DNA of 64,000 bases from the NCBI GenBank assembly GCA_031362885.1, contig JANLTJ010000054.1, positions 2,939 through 66,938 on the forward strand, given 5' to 3'. Position numbers and translations under genes: made by a program. How positions within the stretch are numbered: the stretch's first letter is position 1; each line of letters begins with the position of its first letter. Under the pieces are notes generated by a model that ran no database searches, was not told the DNA's origin, and worked only from the letters and a program-made list of their open reading frames with translations. Origin of the DNA: Betaproteobacteria bacterium (GTDB lineage: Bacteria > Pseudomonadota > Gammaproteobacteria > Burkholderiales > JACQAP01). Of this stretch, positions 9,667 through 18,982 are shown piece after piece.

Positions 9667-10820
9667 CGCAGCACTCGACAGTGGCGGGTTCCGGGCCGGT
9701 GTTTGATCAGAGGTGGTCATTGCCGCAGGGCGAGCCAGGCCGGATCCTGGTCATTGTCACCCGACGCATTGGCGATGTGCTTCTGGCCCTGCCATTGGTC
9801 AGTTCGCTGAAGTCCGCATGGCCGGCCGCGCGTATCGATATGCTCGTGTTCAAAGGCACCGATGGTGTGCTGGCCGGCAATCCGCTGCTCAATGAAGTGA
9901 TCGCTGTCCCGCCATCTCAATCAGCGATACAGACACTTCGTTTTGCACGGGGTTTGTGGCGGCGCTACGACCTCGCGATCTGCACCTCCCCAAGTGATCG
10001 TCCCACGCTGTACGCCTGGCTGGCCGGCAGAAATCGCATCGGCATCATGGCTTCTGGCGCCAAGCACGCGTGGAAGCGCGCACTGCTGCACGCGATCGTT
10101 CCCTTCGACGATAACAACACGCATACCGTAGTGCAGAATCTCCGGCTGGCCGATTTGCTGGACGTGCCACGCCGCTTCGACATGCCCATTGGCCGCACGG
10201 GTGACGATGAGCGGCAACTGGAAGCCTTGTTTCCGGATTTCCGGAATACGCGATTTGCCGTGCTGCACCTGTACCCAAAATTCGCCTACAAGATGTGGGA
10301 CCCGATACAGTGGCAGGAGTTGGCCTCGTGGCTTAAGGAGCAGGGAATTGCGGTCGTTCTCAGCGGCAGCGGCGATCCGCAGGAACTGGCCTATGTAAGC
10401 GAGTTTGCGGACTCGCACTCCCGCGCCGGGGAATCGCCGCCGCTGAACCTGGCGGGTAAATTGAGCTTTGCGCAACTGGCGCTGTTGCTGGAGCGCGCAG
10501 CTGTCTATATTGGCCCCGATACCGTTACCACGCATCTTGCGGCGGCGCTTGGAGCGCCCACGCTCGCCTTATTCGGGCCCTCGAATCCGGTCAAATGGGG
10601 GCCCTGGCCAAAGGGACACGAAGCCCTGACTTCGCCTTATCGGCGGCAAGGTACGCAGTTCGTCGGCAACGTCGCGCTGGTGCAGGGGACAGGTCATTGC
10701 GTTCCCTGCCTGCTGGAGGGCTGTGCTCGCCATCAGGGCAGCGGCAGTGCCTGCCTGCAGATGCTGCAGGCTGCTGTGGTGATCTCGGCGATCGAGAAAC
10801 TGCTGAACCCGGTGAGCTGA
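9663..10820 (+). CDS. GT9 family glycosyltransferase (LPS heptosyltransferase-like)
   Basis: ILVIVTRRIGDVLLALPLV.. N-terminus and a C-terminal GPDTVTTHLAAALGAPTLALFGP motif typical of GT9. The GTG at 9663 overlaps the previous TGA (GTGA). The upstream part of the ORF (9534-9662) lies inside the previous gene. Confidence 0.85.
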   Translation: MTQHSTVAGSGPVFDQRWSLPQGEPGRILVIVTRRIGDVLLALPLVSSLKSAWPAARIDMLVFKGTDGVLAGNPLLNEVIAVPPSQSAIQTLRFARGLWRRYDLAICTSPSDRPTLYAWLAGRNRIGIMASGAKHAWKRALLHAIVPFDDNNTHTVVQNLRLADLLDVPRRFDMPIGRTGDDERQLEALFPDFRNTRFAVLHLYPKFAYKMWDPIQWQELASWLKEQGIAVVLSGSGDPQELAYVSEFADSHSRAGESPPLNLAGKLSFAQLALLLERAAVYIGPDTVTTHLAAALGAPTLALFGPSNPVKWGPWPKGHEALTSPYRRQGTQFVGNVALVQGTGHCVPCLLEGCARHQGSGSACLQMLQAAVVISAIEKLLNPVS

Positions 10821-10821
10821 C

Positions 10822-11898
10822 GTGCAATCGATTCAAGTCGTGGAGCCGACGCTGGATGGCTACTCAGGGCATTGTCACAGTCTGGTAACCAGTTTGTTTC
10901 AGGCCTTGGGCGGCAGGCGCATCGATTTGTGGAGTGCAACCGGCTCGCAAGGCCTCGAGTTCGCTTCCCAAGTGGTGAATCATCCGGTTTTTCGCCGACG
11001 CATTCGCCTGTTGCAAACCCTGGTGTTGTATCGGCGGCTGTTGCGAGAAGGCGCGCCGGTCATCGTAACCACGGCACGCCGCAGTGACCTGATATTGCTT
11101 GATCTGGTTGCCGGCGGCCGGTTGCCGGCCAACCGCATTTTCCTTTATTTCCATTGGTTGCACGAGACGCCCGCCAAATTGCGTTCGCTGCGCAGACTTG
11201 CATTGCGACAGCCGCAGATCAATATTTTCGGTACGACCGCGAGCGTTGTTGATGCATTCAAACGCTGCGGATTCAGTCAAGTCTTTCTGCTTCCCTATCC
11301 GTCCCCGCCAGCCTCGGCCCACGACGCGCGCGCGCCATTCCGGCAATTGCTTTACGCCGGGGCCGCACGGCGGGACAAGGGGTTTGCGCTGATCGTGGAC
11401 TTGGTTGAATTGCTTGTACGCGAAGCAGCCCGGAGGCGAATCACGGTTCAGGTATCCGCCGATCACTACGGAAAAATCGATGCGCAGATTAAGTCTGACA
11501 TCGCACGCCTGCATGCCACGGGGTATGCCGGATTGTCGATCGTGCCGCAAACTCTGACACCGCGGGAGTATGCGGCCTTGTTTCCCGGCAGCATCTGCCT
11601 GCAACCCTACGATCAAGCCGATTTTCGCGATCGCGTCAGCGGCGTGACATTGGATGCACTGACGCATGCCTGCCCGGTCGTGGCCACGGCCGGTACCTGG
11701 AGCGCGGCTCTGGTCAAATCTTTTGGCGCCGGAGTTGAACTGACTGCATTGAGCGCGGAGGGCCTATTGCAGGCCGTCACATCAATTGAGAGTGAATATG
11801 CGAGGTTTCAGGCTGGTGCGCTCGCGGCGGGGCAGGCGCAAAATCGCCAATCCTGGACACCGCTGCTGGAGCGATTGGCGCTTGCACGCGTCGAATGA
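10822..11898 (+). CDS. Putative glycosyltransferase (GT-B-like), last gene of the cluster
   Basis: 358 aa. The GTG start lies 1 nt after the previous TGA. It has a two-lobed Rossmann-like pattern and a C-terminal SGVTLDALTHACPVVAT segment resembling GT1/GT4 donor-binding lobes. The assignment is weak. Confidence 0.45.
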   Translation: MQSIQVVEPTLDGYSGHCHSLVTSLFQALGGRRIDLWSATGSQGLEFASQVVNHPVFRRRIRLLQTLVLYRRLLREGAPVIVTTARRSDLILLDLVAGGRLPANRIFLYFHWLHETPAKLRSLRRLALRQPQINIFGTTASVVDAFKRCGFSQVFLLPYPSPPASAHDARAPFRQLLYAGAARRDKGFALIVDLVELLVREAARRRITVQVSADHYGKIDAQIKSDIARLHATGYAGLSIVPQTLTPREYAALFPGSICLQPYDQADFRDRVSGVTLDALTHACPVVATAGTWSAALVKSFGAGVELTALSAEGLLQAVTSIESEYARFQAGALAAGQAQNRQSWTPLLERLALARVE

Positions 11899-11962
11899 AA
11901 TCTGGCGGGATCGAATCGCGCAGAGTTGATAGAGTTACGCCTTCCATCGGAACCCTGTACGA

Positions 11963-12478
11963 ATGATGATGAATGAAAAGAAGTTCACGGTGCCGGCCAT
12001 TCTGCTCGCGATAGCGGCGCTTGCGGCCGGTATCTATGCCGGCTGGAGCCGTCCAGTGGCACCGGCCGATGTTAACTTTATCGGCGTGTACGGAGACCGC
12101 TTCACGATGTCTTCGCTCAAAGGCAAGGTCGTGCTGGTCAATTTCTGGGCGACATCGTGTGCGGTGTGCGTCAGCGAGATGCCGAAGATGGTTCAGACCT
12201 ACGACAAGTATCGCGAGCGCGGGTTTGACTTTGTGGCCGTGGCCATGGCTTACGATCCGCCGGATCGGGTTTTTGCCTACGCGCAGCAGAACAAGCTGCC
12301 ATTCCGGGTGGCGCTGGATCTTGCAGGACAGGCCATGCAGGCCTTCGGCGGCATACGCGGCACACCGACGACTTTCCTGGTCGACCGGCACGGGAAAATC
12401 GTCAGGCGCATCGAGGGAGAGCCCGACTTTGAGGCGCTTGGCGGGTTGATCGAGAAAGAGCTGTCGAAAAGCGGCTGA
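11963..12478 (+). CDS. tlpA: TlpA-family periplasmic thiol:disulfide oxidoreductase
   Basis: 171 aa with an N-terminal TM anchor and the thioredoxin-fold motif VLVNFWATSCAVCVSEMP (CxxC). Confidence 0.85.
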   Translation: MMMNEKKFTVPAILLAIAALAAGIYAGWSRPVAPADVNFIGVYGDRFTMSSLKGKVVLVNFWATSCAVCVSEMPKMVQTYDKYRERGFDFVAVAMAYDPPDRVFAYAQQNKLPFRVALDLAGQAMQAFGGIRGTPTTFLVDRHGKIVRRIEGEPDFEALGGLIEKELSKSG

Positions 12479-12490
12479 GTGGCCGCGAAT

Positions 12491-13432
12491 TCAACTTACT
12501 CCCGCCTGATGCGCCTGCTGGTCGGCGTGATAGCTGGAGCGAACCAGCGGTCCGCAGGCGGCGTGACGAAAACCCATGGCAAGCGCTTCCTGCTCGAATT
12601 GGCTGAAGCGAGCCGGCTCGACGTAACGCAGCACCGGAAGGTGGCCTTGCGTTGGCTGCAGATACTGGCCCAGCGTGAGCATTTCCACGTCGTGGGCGCG
12701 CAAATCGCGCATCACTTGCAGAATCTCGTCATCGGCCTCGCCCAGCCCGAGCATCAGGCCAGACTTTGTAGCAATGTCCGGAAACCTTTCCTTGAAGTCC
12801 TTCAGCAGTTTCAGTGAATTGAAGTAGTCGGCACCCGGACGCGCCTGCTTGTAGAGTCGGGGGACGGTTTCCAGATTGTGGTTCATCACGTCCGGCGGAT
12901 TGGCGGACAATTTTTCCAGCGCGATTTCCAGCCGGCCGCGAAAATCCGGAACCAGCACTTCGATCCGGGTCTGCGGCGAGCGGGAGCGTATCGCGGCAAT
13001 GCAATCGGCGAAATGCTGCGCGCCACCATCGCGCAAATCGTCGCGATCGACACTGGTGATGACCACGTATTTGAGCTTCATCGCGGCGATGGTCTGCGCC
13101 AGATTGGCCGGTTCTTGCGCATCCGGTGCGAGCGGCCGGCCGTGGGCCACGGCACAGAACGGGCAGCGGCGCGTGCACAAATCGCCCAGGATCATGAAGG
13201 TCGCCGTGCCCTTGCCGAAACATTCGCCGATGTTGGGGCAGGAAGCCTCTTCGCACACGGTATGAAGATTGTGCTCGCGCAAGGCCTGTTTGATCTCGAA
13301 AAAACGCGGGCTGCCGGCGGCCTTCACGCGAATCCAGTCCGGCTTTTTCAGCGGCACGATCGGAATGATTTTGACCGGATTGCGGGCGGTTTTTTCCTGA
13401 CCGGTCTGGCGTTCGATTTTTGTGGTGGTCAT
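12491..13432 (-). CDS. lipA: Lipoyl synthase
   Basis: 313 aa. Radical-SAM CTRRCPFC plus the auxiliary-cluster [12 protein letters not shown] motif. Full-length collinear with LipA. Confidence 0.97.
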   Translation of the reverse strand: MTTTKIERQTGQEKTARNPVKIIPIVPLKKPDWIRVKAAGSPRFFEIKQALREHNLHTVCEEASCPNIGECFGKGTATFMILGDLCTRRCPFCAVAHGRPLAPDAQEPANLAQTIAAMKLKYVVITSVDRDDLRDGGAQHFADCIAAIRSRSPQTRIEVLVPDFRGRLEIALEKLSANPPDVMNHNLETVPRLYKQARPGADYFNSLKLLKDFKERFPDIATKSGLMLGLGEADDEILQVMRDLRAHDVEMLTLGQYLQPTQGHLPVLRYVEPARFSQFEQEALAMGFRHAACGPLVRSSYHADQQAHQAGVS

Positions 13433-13441
13433 GGCGATGCT

Positions 13442-14125
13442 TCAAATTCCCTTTGAAAGTTTTTGCAGCAGCTTCCCGGCCATAACATCCACCGGATCAC
13501 TGACGCCATGATCGCGCAATTGTGTCACTGCCAGACCGGGGTGTCCGCAAGGGTCAATCGCCTGGAACGGCGTCAAGTCCATGTCCACGTTCAGGCTCAG
13601 TCCGTGATAGCAACCCTGCGCCCGCACGCGCAAACCGAGTGCGGCTATCTTGGCGGCGGCGATGTAAACGCCTGGCGCATCCTCACGCCCGCGTGCTTCA
13701 ACGCCAACATCACGCAGCAAGTCTATCACTGCTTGTTCGAGCTTTCGCACCAGCGTGCGCACGCGGAGATTGCGCCGGCGCAGATCGAGCAGCGTGTAAA
13801 CGACGATCTGGCCCGGACCGTGATAAGTAATCTGACCACCCCGATCCGTTTTGACCACCGGAATGCCGTTGTCCGATCGAGGCAGATGCTCAGGCCTCGC
13901 CGCTACGCCCAGCGTATACACCGGCGGATGCTCGACGTACCAGAGTTCATCCGGAGTATCAGCATTGCGCGCAACGGTGAAGGCCTGCATCCCGCGCCAT
14001 GTTTCCCCGTAATCCGCGCGACCCAGCCGGCGAATAACCAGCGCGTCGGCGCCATCCGCGCGAACTTCCTCGCCCCTCGGCCCTCGGCCCTCGCCCCTCA
14101 CTTGCCCCTCGCCCCCGTCTCTCAC
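13442..14125 (-). CDS. lipB: Lipoyl(octanoyl) transferase
   Basis: Core RGGQITYHGPGQIVVY..KIAALGLRV..HG motifs. I placed the start at GTG 14125, which overlaps the ybeD stop (GTGA). The track ORF extends to 14155 and GTG 14101 is also possible. The N-terminal 30 aa are a Gly/Glu/Arg low-complexity tract. Confidence 0.88.
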   Translation of the reverse strand: MRDGGEGQVRGEGRGPRGEEVRADGADALVIRRLGRADYGETWRGMQAFTVARNADTPDELWYVEHPPVYTLGVAARPEHLPRSDNGIPVVKTDRGGQITYHGPGQIVVYTLLDLRRRNLRVRTLVRKLEQAVIDLLRDVGVEARGREDAPGVYIAAAKIAALGLRVRAQGCYHGLSLNVDMDLTPFQAIDPCGHPGLAVTQLRDHGVSDPVDVMAGKLLQKLSKGI

Positions 14126-14385
14126 AAAACCATCACCACCGCCGGGTGGTCGCACAGATCGCGATACAAGGCATCGAGCTGCTCACGTGAAGTGGCGCGC
14201 ACGGTGCAGGTTACGCTCAGATAGCTGTTCTTCTTACTGGTTCGCATCTCTAGCGTGGCGGCGTCAAAATCCGGTGCGTGACGCTGCACGATGTCTACGA
14301 TCATTTGCACCAGCCGGGGCTCGCGCCGGCCCATGATCTTGATCGGGAAGTCGGTCGGGTACGCAATGAGGGATTCTTGCGCCAT
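14122..14385 (-). CDS. ybeD: YbeD-family protein (DUF493)
   Basis: 87 aa (MAQESLIAYPTDFPIKIMGR..), the conserved small gene upstream of lipB. Only the C-terminal part of track ORF 14122-14751 is coding. The rest overlaps dat in another frame. Confidence 0.85.
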   Translation of the reverse strand: MAQESLIAYPTDFPIKIMGRREPRLVQMIVDIVQRHAPDFDAATLEMRTSKKNSYLSVTCTVRATSREQLDALYRDLCDHPAVVMVL

Positions 14386-14387
14386 GT

Positions 14388-15236
14388 TCAGCCCGAGCGC
14401 ATGACCCGGTTCTTGTAATCCTGATAAAGCGCGTACATGCGGGCGAACATCGGGCCCGGAATTCCCGTGCCGACCGGCGCGCCGTCGAGGTGCGTGATCG
14501 CCAGTACTTCCTTGGTGGATGAGGTCATCCAGATCTCCTGTGCACCACGCAGTTGCGCTTCGGATACTTTTCGGACTTCGTGCGGGATCCCATCGGCCTG
14601 CGCGAGTTCCAGCACAACATCGTAGGTGATGCCCGGCAACATCAGATGGTCCTTGGGCGGCGCAAGCATGACGCCATCCGTGACCACGAAAATGTTGCTG
14701 GCCGCGCCTTCGGTCATGAACCCGTCGCGCAGCAAAATGGACTCCACGCATCCGGCGTCGACCGCCTGCTGGCGCAACAAAACGTTTGGCAGCAGCGCGA
14801 TGGCCTTGATGTCACAGCGCAGCCAGCGATTGTCCGTCGCGGTAATCGCGCCAACGCCGGTGCTGATCTGTTCCGGTGACGGAGTGGTCAGCGGGTTGCT
14901 CATCATGAATACGGTCGGTGTGACGATTTTGGGAAACGCATGATCGCGTTTCGCCGGTCCGCGCGTGATATGCATGTAGAGCGACTGGTCCTCGGGCGCG
15001 TTCAATTCCACCAGACGTTCAATCAAACTCGTCCAGCTTGCGTCATCATGCGGATTGGCGAGTTTGATGCTGTCCAGACTGGCTTGCAGCCGCCGCAGGT
15101 GCTCGGCGAGTCGAAACGGATGGCGCGAATAAACCGGGATGACCTCGTATACACCATCGCCGAAAATGAAGCCGCGATCGAGCACTGGAATGCGTGCCTG
15201 TTCGATGGGCATGAACTCACCGTTCAGATAAATCAT
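14388..15236 (-). CDS. dat: D-amino-acid transaminase (class IV aminotransferase)
   Basis: 282 aa with MIYLNGEFMPIEQARIPVLDRGFIFGDGVYEVI.. and a class IV PLP fold pattern. It sits in the conserved dacC-dat-ybeD-lipB context. Confidence 0.85.
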   Translation of the reverse strand: MIYLNGEFMPIEQARIPVLDRGFIFGDGVYEVIPVYSRHPFRLAEHLRRLQASLDSIKLANPHDDASWTSLIERLVELNAPEDQSLYMHITRGPAKRDHAFPKIVTPTVFMMSNPLTTPSPEQISTGVGAITATDNRWLRCDIKAIALLPNVLLRQQAVDAGCVESILLRDGFMTEGAASNIFVVTDGVMLAPPKDHLMLPGITYDVVLELAQADGIPHEVRKVSEAQLRGAQEIWMTSSTKEVLAITHLDGAPVGTGIPGPMFARMYALYQDYKNRVMRSG

Positions 15237-16390
15237 GGCACTGCCGCTGAAAAATCCCGATACAACAGGCGCAGACCGTGCCAGGCGCGTACCAGCAGGC
15301 CTGCCATGCCCACACTTTCGAGCGCGATAAGCTGCTTTTCATCAAACGGCTTGCCATCGAAAGACAGTTGCAGCGTGCCGACACGGTCCCCGACGCGGAT
15401 TGGCGCCATCAGCGGTTGCATGCTTGCAACGGTTGGTTTGAGCCGTTGAAAGAATCCTTTGGGCAAAGTGACGAAGTAATCGGCGGGCAGGCCGGCCGGC
15501 AAGGTCTCGCTGTTACCTTTCCATACCGGCAGCGCATGGATGGGCTGACTGGCGGAGTAGAGCTTTACGGTATCGAAGGCTTCGAAACCGTAGTTCAACA
15601 GCTTTTGCGCGTCAATGGCGCGAGTGCTCTCGGAAACGGCGTCGAGAACCACCGCGATCACGCGCCGGTCCTTACGCAGAGCGGTGGCAACCATGCAGAA
15701 ACCGGCGCTTTCCGTGTGGCCGGTTTTCAGTCCATCGACGAAGGGGTCGCGTCCCAACAGCCGGTTGCGGTTGTACTGCGTGATGCCGTTATGCTGAAAC
15801 TCACGCATTTTGTACATTGGCAGATATTGCGGAAACTCCTCGACAAGTGCGCGTGACAGTGCCGCCAGATCGGTTGCGGTGGAATAGTGCCGCGGGTGCG
15901 CCAGACCGGTTGCGTTGACGAAATTCGAATCCTTCAACCCAAGCCGTACGGCCTCGCGGTTCATGGTATCGACAAAGGCGTCCTCGCTCCCAGCCACGCC
16001 TTCGGCCAGAGTGACGGCCGCGTCGTTGCCCGATTGCACGATCAGGCCACCAAGCAGGGTTTCGACGGAGACAGATTCGCCTTCGGTCAGGAACATGCGC
16101 GCGCCAGGCGCACGCCCCGCCTTATCCGACGTAATGAACGGCTGCTCCAATGTGATGCGCTTCTGGCGCAGGGCATCAAAAACAACATACGCAGTCATCA
16201 GCTTGGTCAGCGATGCCGGCTCCGCCCGCATGTCGGGGTTGCGCGCCGCAAGGACTTGGCGGCTTTGATAATCAACCAGAAGATATGACTTTGCCGATAC
16301 GACCGGAGCAGGCGGGGTATCGGAGACCGGTGCCTGGGCCAGAGCCGGAGGGCCGGAGAGGGATGCGAGAAGGAGAAAAAATTTCATCAT
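15233..16390 (-). CDS. D-alanyl-D-alanine carboxypeptidase (PBP5/6 type, peptidase S11)
   Basis: 385 aa with a signal peptide, the active-site SLTKLMT (SxxK), SGN and KTGHT motifs, and a C-terminal PBP5_C-like domain. Confidence 0.92.
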   Translation of the reverse strand: MMKFFLLLASLSGPPALAQAPVSDTPPAPVVSAKSYLLVDYQSRQVLAARNPDMRAEPASLTKLMTAYVVFDALRQKRITLEQPFITSDKAGRAPGARMFLTEGESVSVETLLGGLIVQSGNDAAVTLAEGVAGSEDAFVDTMNREAVRLGLKDSNFVNATGLAHPRHYSTATDLAALSRALVEEFPQYLPMYKMREFQHNGITQYNRNRLLGRDPFVDGLKTGHTESAGFCMVATALRKDRRVIAVVLDAVSESTRAIDAQKLLNYGFEAFDTVKLYSASQPIHALPVWKGNSETLPAGLPADYFVTLPKGFFQRLKPTVASMQPLMAPIRVGDRVGTLQLSFDGKPFDEKQLIALESVGMAGLLVRAWHGLRLLYRDFSAAVP

Positions 16391-16506
16391 CGCGAAGGCG
16401 CGCGATTATACAGGACGCCTGTTGCATTTCCGGTGCCGCACTCTCGATTGCCGTGCAGCCGCGTGTCTGGAACAATACGCCCGGTCAACCATTTCACGTC
16501 ACCACA

Positions 16507-16986
16507 ATGAATCCGCCTGCCGGACAATCTAGCATCAGAGCGATTATGTTGGCCTGGCTGCTGACGGGAGCAGCGCAGGCCGCCGACCTGATCCAGGTGA
16601 AGGATCCATGGACGAGGGCCACGGTTCCGGGACAAAAGGTCGGTGGCGTCTATATGAAGCTGATCGCGCGCGAACCGCTGCGCCTTACGGGCGTGAAAAC
16701 GAAAATGGCGGAAACCGCCGAAGTCCATCAAATGAAAATGGAGGATGGCATGATGAGAATGCGGCCTTTGCCATTTCTCAATCTGCCCGCCCGCACGACC
16801 GTCACGCTCGCGCCGGGAGGCAATCACATTATGCTGTTCGACCTGAAGCAGTCGCTGGTGGCGGGGCAGAAGATCAAGCTGGAACTGGTCGTCGAAGATG
16901 CGTCCAAACGCGAGCGCCGCGTCGCGGTCGAAGCTGTTGTGCGCGATCGTGCGAGCGGTACCCAGACGGAGCACGACCAACGTTGA
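16507..16986 (+). CDS. Periplasmic copper chaperone PCu(A)C (DUF461)
   Basis: 159 aa with a signal sequence. It has the H(M)x10Mx21HxM-type copper motif region (AEVHQMKMEDGMMRMRP...GGNHIMLFDL). The ATG at 16507 was chosen because the upstream part of the track ORF overlaps dacC. Confidence 0.85.
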   Translation: MNPPAGQSSIRAIMLAWLLTGAAQAADLIQVKDPWTRATVPGQKVGGVYMKLIAREPLRLTGVKTKMAETAEVHQMKMEDGMMRMRPLPFLNLPARTTVTLAPGGNHIMLFDLKQSLVAGQKIKLELVVEDASKRERRVAVEAVVRDRASGTQTEHDQR

Positions 16987-16989
16987 CGG

Positions 16990-17784
16990 CTACCCTGCGA
17001 TTTCCAGCCCCGCGATCCAGCCGGCTTCAACCCAGGCGCGCAACATGCCGGCGGCTTTTGCGGCCGCCGCGTCCTCAGCCACCCATTCACACAACCCGGT
17101 GCAGATTTCGCCAAAACTGGCCTGAGACCTCATGGCGTGCAGTGCCCAGGCTTCGTCGGCTTCCAGTGATCGAAAGAATGGCGACAGTTGTTTGCGCCAT
17201 ACAACCCATGTCACCAGTTGGGGCGAAAGATCAACCGCGATCGCGCTGCTGTTTTCCTTGAGAGACTTCCAGATCGCGACCGCATTCGTGCGCAAAGCCA
17301 ATACACGCAAGGCGGGCTGAGCCTGAAAGCGAAGATCGGCCCAGTCCTCGGGCGCAACGGCGGCCATGTCCTCAAATTGCACGGCCTCGATGTCTGCCGC
17401 ATCAAAAGCCTCTCCAAGAGACCACTCGAATTGGGCCAGTTCGGCCATTTCCGGGCGCTCGATGTAGGGCGTTGTCACGCGCAGAAATTCCGCCAGCCTG
17501 CCGCCAAACCAGCGCACGTTTCGAAACGTCGATGGGTGCGCGCCAATGTAATCGCGGGCAAGAGAGTCAAAAGTTTCGTCGCCAAGGTAGGCACGCAGGA
17601 CTTCGTAATCGTTGCCCAGAACCTCGGTCAAACGCAGGCGATAGGCATCACGGTAAATGCCCAGCCGTGTAGAGCGGAATTCCGCGCTGTCGCCTTCGAT
17701 GTGCCGGTCTATGGCCGCCGCGCCTTGCAGCACATAGTCCTGAAAGTGAGTCTCAGTGAGTACAAGACGCGGCGCGTTGCTCAT
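16990..17784 (-). CDS. bufC: DUF2063-family protein, MNIO partner (BufC-like)
   Basis: 264 aa from ATG 17784, which overlaps the DUF692 stop (ATGA). It has the typical DUF2063 N-terminus (..[22 protein letters not shown]..). The gene is always paired with DUF692 in this type of operon. Confidence 0.85.
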   Translation of the reverse strand: MSNAPRLVLTETHFQDYVLQGAAAIDRHIEGDSAEFRSTRLGIYRDAYRLRLTEVLGNDYEVLRAYLGDETFDSLARDYIGAHPSTFRNVRWFGGRLAEFLRVTTPYIERPEMAELAQFEWSLGEAFDAADIEAVQFEDMAAVAPEDWADLRFQAQPALRVLALRTNAVAIWKSLKENSSAIAVDLSPQLVTWVVWRKQLSPFFRSLEADEAWALHAMRSQASFGEICTGLCEWVAEDAAAAKAAGMLRAWVEAGWIAGLEIAG

Positions 17785-18620
17785 GCTGCGACCCGGGTAG
17801 GCAGGTTCCGCGAAGCCACTTGGCGCGCGTGCCCGAGTTCGGTCACCAGATCGGCCAGCGGTGGGATATGATCGTCGCGCTCGATCATGGTGGCAACGTT
17901 GCCAAAACGGCGCACCGCGCCGGCGTACAGATCCCACACCGGATCGACAATATCCGCATCATGAGTGTCGATAATATGCGTGCCGCAGTTGCTGTGGCCG
18001 GCCAGGTGAATCTGGCGCACGCGATCGACCGGTATGCCGTTGAGGAACTCCAGAGCGTCGAAACCGTGATTGAAAGCGCTGACGTAAATGTTGTTCACAT
18101 CCAGCAGCACATGGCAGTCGGCGCGTTGCGCGATCTCCGACAGAAAATTCCATTCACTCATCTCGGAGGCACGGAAAGTCACGTAACTCGACACGTTCTC
18201 CAGCAGAATCTGCCGGCCGAGAAAATCCTGTACTTCGCGCACGCGCGCGGCGACATGTTCGACCGCCTCTTCGGTATAGGGAATCGGGAACAGATCGTGC
18301 AGATTCTTGCCGGCGACACCGGTCCAGCACAAATGATCCGACACCCAGGCCGGTTGCACGCGCTGCGCCAGTTGCTTCAGTGACTTCAGGTAATCCTGGT
18401 CAAGCGGGTCCGTGCTGCCGATGGAAAGCGACACCCCGTGCAGCACGATGGGATAGTCGGCACGGATGCGATCCAGGTAATACAGCGGCTTGCCGCCGGA
18501 GACCAGATAGTTTTCGCTGAGCGCCTCGAACCAGTCCACGCGCGGCTGATCCGCCAGGATGTCTTCGTAATGATCGGTGCGCAGGCCGAGGCCGAATCCC
18601 AGTCCCGAAGCTGCTGTCAT
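17781..18620 (-). CDS. bufB: DUF692-family multinuclear non-haem iron oxidase (MNIO; BufB/MbnB-like)
   Basis: 279 aa. [59 protein letters not shown] is full-length collinear with UPF0276/DUF692 TIM-barrel proteins. Confidence 0.9.
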   Translation of the reverse strand: MTAASGLGFGLGLRTDHYEDILADQPRVDWFEALSENYLVSGGKPLYYLDRIRADYPIVLHGVSLSIGSTDPLDQDYLKSLKQLAQRVQPAWVSDHLCWTGVAGKNLHDLFPIPYTEEAVEHVAARVREVQDFLGRQILLENVSSYVTFRASEMSEWNFLSEIAQRADCHVLLDVNNIYVSAFNHGFDALEFLNGIPVDRVRQIHLAGHSNCGTHIIDTHDADIVDPVWDLYAGAVRRFGNVATMIERDDHIPPLADLVTELGHARQVASRNLPTRVAA

Positions 18621-18687
18621 GAAGAGACCATCGAGTTCACGCGAACGCGGGAGTCCGACTGGACGGACTCCCGCAACAGGCCTCCAG

Positions 18688-18939
18688 TTACGAGCGCTGG
18701 GTGGCTTTCTTGCATTCTTCCGCGGTCAGCGTAACGACGCCCTGGCCCTTGCAGGCGTTCTGGCCCTTGCAGGCGCTGTTCGCGCTCTTGCACTCACTCT
18801 GACCCTTGCAGGCGTTGCCGCCGTTGCAAGCTATCCGCGCCTCGGTCCCGCCCGAACCGCCCATGCTCGAACAACCCGCCATAAAAATTGCCGCGGCGGA
18901 GGCAGCTACCGCCAAGCCTACGATTTTTCTGCGTTCCAT
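18688..18939 (-). CDS. bufA: Cys-rich secreted RiPP precursor, bufferin BufA2-like (6-Cys class), with a possible lipobox
   Basis: 83 aa with a strong SD (AAGGAGAAGGAAC) before the ATG. The signal peptide ends in FMAGC. The core is [60 protein letters not shown], with 6 Cys. It lies 67 nt upstream of the DUF692 gene. Confidence 0.75.
   Translation of the reverse strand: MERRKIVGLAVAASAAAIFMAGCSSMGGSGGTEARIACNGGNACKGQSECKSANSACKGQNACKGQGVVTLTAEECKKATQRS
18742..18814 (-). repeat. Three copies of a 16-nt unit CTGRCCCTTGCAGGCG inside the precursor gene (encode the A-C-K-G-Q motif)
   Basis: Copies at 18742-18757, 18760-18775 and 18799-18814, read directly from the sequence. Copies 1 and 2 are 18 nt apart, giving a 6-codon period. 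Confidence 0.9.
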
Positions 18940-18982
18940 GGTTCCTTCTCCTTACTAAGAGTTTGATTGACGATCTGCGTGG

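Noticed and set aside
12479-12817. 112-aa plus-strand ORF after tlpA
   Set aside because: It lies antisense within lipA, and lipA is unambiguous.
15915-15935. TTCGAATCC string resembling a tRNA T-arm
   Set aside because: It lies inside the dacC coding frame. I could find no acceptor or anticodon stems around it. I saw no tRNA-like cloverleaf anywhere in the window.
16213-16506. 5' extension of the PCu(A)C ORF
   Set aside because: It overlaps the dacC 5' end on the other strand and translates to Pro/Gly/Arg-rich sequence. The signal peptide begins after ATG 16507.
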